DNA from: Halobacteriota archaeon
GTDB taxonomy: Archaea > Halobacteriota > Bog-38 > Methanoflorentales > Methanoflorentaceae
DNA: 64,000 nucleotides
Assembly: GCA_050013755.1 (NCBI GenBank)
Contig: JBEKER010000003.1
Span: 14,404 to 78,403, forward strand
Reading direction: 5' to 3'
Shown here: in pieces, positions 58,781 to 64,000 of the stretch
Numbering within the stretch: position 1 is the stretch's first letter
Layout of the letters: each line of letters begins with the position of its first letter
Position numbers and translations under genes: made by a program
The notes under the pieces: model-generated
The model's database searches: none
What the model saw: the letters and a program-made list of their open reading frames with translations, nothing else
Told to the model about the DNA's origin: nothing

Positions 58781-60574
58781 TTGTACACACGTATTAAACG
58801 TGCAGACTTAGGTGAAGAGCTGTCCCACCGAAGCGTTTCGCCGCCGTACGAGTATGTCGCCACCGAGGGGCATCTTACCACCATCATTGAGCGTATCGCA
58901 CCTTCGTCGATCGTGGCTATAGCGCTCGGAACTACGGGTCCCGACACCTTTGTTGATCGGATACGGACGCTCCAATTGGCCATACACGGCCATCCTCCGG
59001 CCATTATTGATTGTGCTCAGGTGCCGCAAGAGGGGTTGGCGAAGCTGCACGACCTCTTCTCGACACCGGCCGTCAAGGTAATGCACAACGGAAAGCTCGC
59101 CCTCAAGTTCCTCTATCAAGCCGGATTCGACCTCTCAAGCCCCTATTTCGACACGATGCTTGCCTCGCAACTGCTTAAAGGCGGGCTGGAGGCAAAACAC
59201 GATCTGAAAACCGTAGCGAGAGCATATCTTGACGAGCACACGCCGGAAACGTGCGGCAGTTTTCGAGCTGGTGTCCTCACCGAGCGGCAACTTCGATGTG
59301 CGGGGCAAACGGTCGGCGTGGTCTTGAGCCTCCATGCGGCGTTATCGGAGCGTATCGAGAGTGCAGGCCTCACTGACTGCATGCGCTTAGAATGCGCCTG
59401 CCTCCCCGCGGTTGCGGCAATGGAGCGCAACGGCATGCTCATGGACATGGGGCAGTGGCGAACGTTGCAGGACACCTATAACGAGTTGGAGGAGGACCTC
59501 GCGCACGAGGTGTGTCGTGAGCTGACGACGTCGGGACAGCGTACCCTCGGTGACGTCGCCGCCATCAATCTCGGCAGCCCCCAGCAGGTGAAGCACGCCT
59601 TCAGAAGCGCGGGCGTTCCCGTCCGCAACGTGCGAGAGGACGAGTTGCGTAAGTATGAGGAGCTCCATCCCGCGATACCCCGCTATATCCGCTACAAGCA
59701 CGTCTTAAAGCTCAAAAACGGCTTTTTGGATGCCCTCCCCCGGCACGTCCATCCGTTGACGGGGAGGATACACCCCACCTTTCTTCAGGTCGGCACGGTG
59801 AACGGGAGATTCGCGTGCCGCAATCCCAACCTGCAGCAGATTCCACGAGACGATGCGGTGAGGGGGTGCTTCGTTGCGGCACGTGATCACCGCCTCGTGA
59901 TCGCCGACTACGCGCAATTTGAGCTGCGGGTCGTTGCTGACATCAGCGGTGATGAGACCATGACGCGGGCGTTCCAACGAGGGGAGGACTTGCATCGGTT
60001 GACCGCGTCGCTCGTGCTCGACACGCCCCTTGACCAGGTGACGAAGGACGAGCGCCTTATCGCAAAGGTGCTGAACATCGGCCTCATCTACGGAATGGGC
60101 GCACGGAGCTTACGGCGATATGCGAATTACATCTATGGGGTGCACTTTACCCTCGAAGATGCGATCGAGTTTCGCCGGCGTTTCTTTAATGCGTACGCAG
60201 GCGTGCGGGCGTTCCACCGCAGCGTGAGCACCACACAGCTGATCTCAATCCGGACCTTGAGCGGAAGAATACGCAGGTGGGAGGATGGCCAAGACCCAAA
60301 GCTGACCGAACTGTTAAACACCCGAGTTCAGGGGACCGCTGCGGATATTATGAAACGGGCGGTGACCTCTCTCCACGAAGCATTAGGCCCTACGAGGGCA
60401 AAAATCGTCTGCTGTGTGCACGACGAGGTGCTGGTCGAAGCGCCACAGGTACGCGCTGCCGAGATCGCCGACACCGTCGCCTACCACATGCGAGGGGCGG
60501 GGGCTGAGTTTCTGCGAAATGTCCCGCTCGATGTCGACGTCGCGATTGATCGGAGCTGGGCGGGGAAGGGATAA
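58781..60574 (+). CDS. polA: Family A DNA polymerase (3'-5' exonuclease-like domain + polymerase, no 5' nuclease), proofreading residues substituted; start uncertain (TTG 58781 or CTG 58820)
   Basis: GR....PNLQQIP, motif A IADYAQFELRV, motif B RLIAKVLNIGLIYG, NTRVQGTAADIMK, motif C VHDEV. Confidence 0.92.
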   Translation: MYTRIKRADLGEELSHRSVSPPYEYVATEGHLTTIIERIAPSSIVAIALGTTGPDTFVDRIRTLQLAIHGHPPAIIDCAQVPQEGLAKLHDLFSTPAVKVMHNGKLALKFLYQAGFDLSSPYFDTMLASQLLKGGLEAKHDLKTVARAYLDEHTPETCGSFRAGVLTERQLRCAGQTVGVVLSLHAALSERIESAGLTDCMRLECACLPAVAAMERNGMLMDMGQWRTLQDTYNELEEDLAHEVCRELTTSGQRTLGDVAAINLGSPQQVKHAFRSAGVPVRNVREDELRKYEELHPAIPRYIRYKHVLKLKNGFLDALPRHVHPLTGRIHPTFLQVGTVNGRFACRNPNLQQIPRDDAVRGCFVAARDHRLVIADYAQFELRVVADISGDETMTRAFQRGEDLHRLTASLVLDTPLDQVTKDERLIAKVLNIGLIYGMGARSLRRYANYIYGVHFTLEDAIEFRRRFFNAYAGVRAFHRSVSTTQLISIRTLSGRIRRWEDGQDPKLTELLNTRVQGTAADIMKRAVTSLHEALGPTRAKIVCCVHDEVLVEAPQVRAAEIADTVAYHMRGAGAEFLRNVPLDVDVAIDRSWAGKG

Positions 60575-60643
60575 CGTGTCCGGCCGATGTCCGTTGTGCG
60601 TCACAGAGAGACTTCCGACGCACGATGGAGCATACCGTCGTCG

Positions 60644-60829
60644 CTAAGTGGCTTTTTTTGGCTGCTTATGAGGCGCGTAATCGTCGTCCCGCTTGAACTT
60701 CACTGGCTCAAACTGAGCACAACCCTCGGGACGGTACGATGGGTGACTGGCAAAGTGCCGCTTAGGCTCCATTTTTTCGGGCACGGGGCAGAGCCGATAG
60801 AAGTGCATACACGAAAGGCACAGCAACAT
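60644..60829 (-). CDS. Small Cys-rich hypothetical protein
   Basis: 61 aa: CLSCMHFYRLCP...HPSYRPEGCAQFEP; convergent with polA. Confidence 0.55.
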   Translation of the reverse strand: MLLCLSCMHFYRLCPVPEKMEPKRHFASHPSYRPEGCAQFEPVKFKRDDDYAPHKQPKKAT

Positions 60830-60980
60830 GGCGATCTGCTACCACCCATGTCGCGCGTTACGTTGAGCTTTTCGTAAGGAAGGTGAAACAAAGAGCTGAA
60901 ACGGGACCAGAGCAAACGCGGACGAGCTTCAACAAAAGCGTGAAGAACGCACAGCATCGGAACCCTTTCCCAGGTCTGGA

Positions 60981-61016
60981 GAAATATATACGTTAGCGGA
61001 AATATATACGTTAGCG
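60981..61016. repeat. 18-bp perfect tandem duplication GAAATATATACGTTAGCG x2 (TATA-containing)
   Basis: Read directly. Confidence 0.85.
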
Positions 61017-61119
61017 CTAGCCAAGGACAAAAAGCTCGGCCTCTCGCTGTTTACTGGCTTCGCCGCATTCCTCGTGGCGACGCTGTCGGTGCGGTTCTTC
61101 GTCGCTTCCAGTGATGTGA

Positions 61120-61149
61120 TGCACGGACGTGCACGGACGTGCACGGACA
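61120..61149. repeat. 10-bp tandem repeat TGCACGGAC(G/A) x3
   Basis: Read directly; junctions form the palindrome CGTGCACG. Confidence 0.85.
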
Positions 61150-61683
61150 GCGTCGCTCCCGTGTCGCCATCTTTAACCCCGCCGCATAAACTGCGTTCTG
61201 GTTGGTCGTTTGGGTGAACCGCCTGCTTCGGCGTAGCGACGCTTCAGCCATCCGCGCGGTTCTCGGAGCGCAGAACTCTGGCGCGATAGCACACAACGAT
61301 AGAGACGAAGAAGCGAAGTGATCACAGTTGGAGCGGAGCCTGGTCGCGTATAAACCGGAACCGCTCCGCATATTAGTTGAGGTCTTGTGGCTTAACCGTT
61401 TCGATGTTGGAGGCCGATAGGACGTATGCGGGTGCTAATGCGCGCGTGCCGATTTCGACGTGATCGTGTGAAATAGTAGCTTTGGTAAGAAACGGCCACA
61501 CTTTGCACGCGTGGCTTTTTTTAGGCATGCCGTGTACGTAGTTGAGAATCAGAGGTAAGCTGTTTCGCCAGCAGTTAGTTTACCAGCAGAACGTCCTTGT
61601 GCCTTATGCGACGTATTTAAGCGGAAACACTTAACTTTTAGCAGTCGCGTTTTACGTATTCCGTACTGAAAACGTGATAGCAG

Positions 61684-62118
61684 ATGCAGCGTGAGCGATC
61701 CTCATACGAACTGGAAACGATCGGAACTATTCAACACATCATAAACCGCATGGCCACTAATTCGATCATTATCAAAGGATGGACTGTGGCTGTGCTCGGT
61801 ATAATTCTGTTGCTGCGCGGCACGTGGTATCAAGCGCTTATTGCTGTCTTCGCTGTGCTCATTTTTTGGTATCTAGACGCTTATTTTCTGCGGCAAAAAA
61901 AGACGTATAAGGCACTATACAACGAGATCGTCGAAAATAGGCTCAACACAGGCGACGAGTTTTTTAATATGAGGACTGCTCGGTACGAGGCCGGCATAGA
62001 AGTACCGAGGCCAGGCAAATTAATGCTTTCGAAAACGTTGCTCATTTTTTATGGCTCTATTTTGACATTGACGTGTGCCTACGTCGGGATCTTGTCTGCC
62101 CTGTCATACGGAGCGTAG
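61684..62118 (+). CDS. Membrane protein resembling putative defence-associated TM effectors
   Basis: IQHIINRMATNS..IKGWTV, FWYLDAYFLRQ.K.Y.ALY; three hydrophobic segments. Confidence 0.7.
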   Translation: MQRERSSYELETIGTIQHIINRMATNSIIIKGWTVAVLGIILLLRGTWYQALIAVFAVLIFWYLDAYFLRQKKTYKALYNEIVENRLNTGDEFFNMRTARYEAGIEVPRPGKLMLSKTLLIFYGSILTLTCAYVGILSALSYGA

Positions 62119-62262
62119 CCCGGTAAGCTGTTCTTGAGGCCGTGTAAAATGGCAGAGGGTATAGTGGCAGTCGACCGAGGTTTTTAATCCGGTGAAACTA
62201 GCGTTGCGGAGAGCCTGTGAAATGTCTTTCGTAAAGCTCGACGTGTGACATCATCTGAGGTG

Positions 62263-62439
62263 TCACACCATAGTGCGGACGCTCGCGAAAACGTAAAGGG
62301 CGGCGCCTATGGTCAAAAGGACGTACCCGACTACCCTGAGTGGCGTAAACGCTAGTAATAGCCCAGCGACGACAACGACAAGGATAATCAGGGCCGTCTT
62401 CTGTGTTATAGTTCCCTTGACGTCAAGAGGGCTTGGCAT
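62263..62439 (-). CDS. 58-aa two-TM membrane protein (below ORF-track cutoff)
   Basis: MPSPLDVKGTITQKTALIILVVVVAGLLLAFTPLRVVGYVLLTIGAALYVFASVRTMV. Confidence 0.6.
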   Translation of the reverse strand: MPSPLDVKGTITQKTALIILVVVVAGLLLAFTPLRVVGYVLLTIGAALYVFASVRTMV

Positions 62440-62694
62440 GATAGGACTTCATAGCACTGAACTCCCCACAGTCTGAAAAAGCTTACGAAGATCGCCGCCG
62501 AGCAAAAAGCCGACGAAAGACGGTGAGGCTACTTGTGCGAAAGAAAAGGACTGAAAAACGCCGCCCGTGTAGCTTAACACAAACGATGTAGTGTCATCTC
62601 GAACGGTAAGGCGACAAGTTTGCTCAGAAAGCGAGCGTTACTTAAAAGAAGATGACGACCAGATTCGCTTATCGTTAAAAATCGGTGCGTCAAA

Positions 62695-63459
62695 ATGAAA
62701 TCACTCTGGAAAGGATCAATAGCGTTTGGACTGGTGAACATCCCAATAAAACTCTATTCGGCCGTCGAACAGAAGCCACTCAAAACACGGCTCTTGCACA
62801 AGGACAAGCTCTCGCCGATTCGGTACAAGAAATGGTGCGACGCGTGCACACAGGAGGTGTCCCAGGACGAGATCGTGAGGGGGATTGAGGTCTCCCCAGA
62901 CGAATATGTGGTCATTAGTGACGACGAGCTTCACTCTATCAGGCCTGAGAAATCCACGTGGATAGAAATCGTGGAGTTTGTTCATTCCCATCAAATCGAC
63001 CCGATTTATTTCAATGCGCATTACTACGCGGGCCCGGAACGGCCAAAGGACAAGACGTATTTCCTGTTCAGGGAAGTGCTCCAGCAGACCGCCAAGACCG
63101 CGATCGGCAGGTTTGTCATGCGGGAAAAGGAACACGTTTGCGCTATCGAGGCGTACAGGCAGGGGCTGCTGCTGACGACGCTGAATTATGATTATGAGAT
63201 ACGGGACATTATGCAGGTCGATGGGCTTGATGAGCCGCCGCAGCTCTCACAGGTCGAGATGGATCTCGCGCGACAGCTCATAGGCCAGATTACGGTCGAT
63301 GAGTTTGACATCACCAGATTTCACGATACCTTCGAGGAGGATCTCAAGGAGCTCGTCGAGAGAAAAGCACGCGGAGAAACGATTGCGATCCATAAGAGGG
63401 AATATCCCCGCACCACAGAAGAAAACCTTGTTGAAGCACTCAAGGCAAGCCTGAAATGA
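62695..63459 (+). CDS. ku: Prokaryotic Ku (non-homologous end joining)
   Basis: MKSLWKGSIAFGLVNIPIKLYSA, IRYK.WC, EIVRG.E, IEIVEFV, IDPIYF...YY..P, GRFVMREKE, LTTL.Y..EIR, NLVEALKASL. Confidence 0.97.
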   Translation: MKSLWKGSIAFGLVNIPIKLYSAVEQKPLKTRLLHKDKLSPIRYKKWCDACTQEVSQDEIVRGIEVSPDEYVVISDDELHSIRPEKSTWIEIVEFVHSHQIDPIYFNAHYYAGPERPKDKTYFLFREVLQQTAKTAIGRFVMREKEHVCAIEAYRQGLLLTTLNYDYEIRDIMQVDGLDEPPQLSQVEMDLARQLIGQITVDEFDITRFHDTFEEDLKELVERKARGETIAIHKREYPRTTEENLVEALKASLK

Positions 63460-64000
63460 TGCTCGCCGCCGCTGGCACAAAACAGATTCTTAAGTCCACC
63501 GAGTACATCTTTGAGCCTAAGCTGGACGGCTACAGGGCGCTCTGCGAAAAAAAGGCAGGAACGCTTCGCTTTACATCACGAAATAACCGGGATATCACCC
63601 GTGAGTTTCCCGAACTTGCGTTTGGCGACCTCATTAAGGCTGATTGCGTGCTCGATGGAGAGATCGTGATCTATGATGAAAAAGGGAACCCGTCGTTCTC
63701 GCTGCTGCAGGGACGGAAGCACCAGCGCCGGCCGCCCACGTACGTCGCGTTTGACGTGCTCGAACTGGAAGGCAGGAACCTAACAACGCTGCCGCTGTCA
63801 GCGAGAAAACGGCTGCTTTCGGAGGTCGTCGAGGAGGGGAGAAACCTGCAGACAATGCCCGGCACGGATGACGGTGAGCGACTCTGGGACGTGGTAACGG
63901 CACGCCATCTGGAAGGGGTGATGGCAAAGAAAAAGGAAAGCGTCTATGTTACCGGACGGTCGCACGCCTGGCTGAAAATTAAGGATGAGAAAACCGTCGA
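63456..64000 (+). CDS. ligD: ATP-dependent DNA ligase, LigD/LigC-type ligase domain (3' truncated by window edge; not in ORF track)
   Basis: ATGA overlap with the ku stop; motif I EPKLDGYR, SRN, III LDGE, IIIa AFD, IV EGVMAK, V WLKIK. Confidence 0.93.
   Translation, partial: MMLAAAGTKQILKSTEYIFEPKLDGYRALCEKKAGTLRFTSRNNRDITREFPELAFGDLIKADCVLDGEIVIYDEKGNPSFSLLQGRKHQRRPPTYVAFDVLELEGRNLTTLPLSARKRLLSEVVEEGRNLQTMPGTDDGERLWDVVTARHLEGVMAKKKESVYVTGRSHAWLKIKDEKTV

Noticed and set aside
1-64000. CRISPR arrays, tRNA or rRNA genes, intact IS elements
   Set aside because: None recognised. The repeats found have only 2-3 copies without unique spacers, and no cloverleaf or transposase motif was seen.
1-64000. 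The many short ORF-track entries overlapping assigned genes on the opposite strand or in other frames (for example 2669-3043, 25961-26374, 51277-51816, 54901-55227)
   Set aside because: These are shadow ORFs expected from codon periodicity in GC-rich genes; they have no independent motifs.

Overview
Archaeal chromosomal segment, most likely from a Halobacteriota/Methanomicrobia-type organism. This assignment is inferred from Orc1/Cdc6, archaeal-type CoaD and PyrH, a PGF-CTERM surface protein, an MM0924-like protein and GGAGG/GGTGA Shine-Dalgarno motifs. Layout: 0-11 kb is accessory small genes and enzymes. 11-28 kb is an ion/pH-homeostasis-rich block (ArsB/NhaD-type permease, CLC, P3A H+-ATPase, a rearranged kdpC / usp / kdpFAB locus) that also holds a low-GC APC permease and a decayed tyrosine recombinase. 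33-48 kb is housekeeping core (hisF, coaD, pyrH, three CBS proteins, tmk, aminotransferase, cdc6 with a probable oriC, moaB, hxlB). 50-58 kb is NikR plus a split Ni/Co ECF transporter and cobamide salvage (btuFCD-cbiZ). 58.5-64 kb is a DNA-repair-like island. The best candidate for an undescribed system is in that last island: a family A DNA polymerase, atypical for archaea, with intact polymerase catalytic motifs but all four proofreading carboxylates substituted, about 2 kb upstream of a translationally coupled Ku / ATP-dependent ligase (NHEJ) pair. Also notable are several genes that appear to start at non-canonical codons (ACG, CTG, ATT), a long structured leader upstream of btuF, and the two halves of a normally fused GT4 / six-hairpin protein lying 29 kb apart. 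No tRNA, rRNA or CRISPR array was seen. All family assignments are from motif recognition by eye; no database searches were run.
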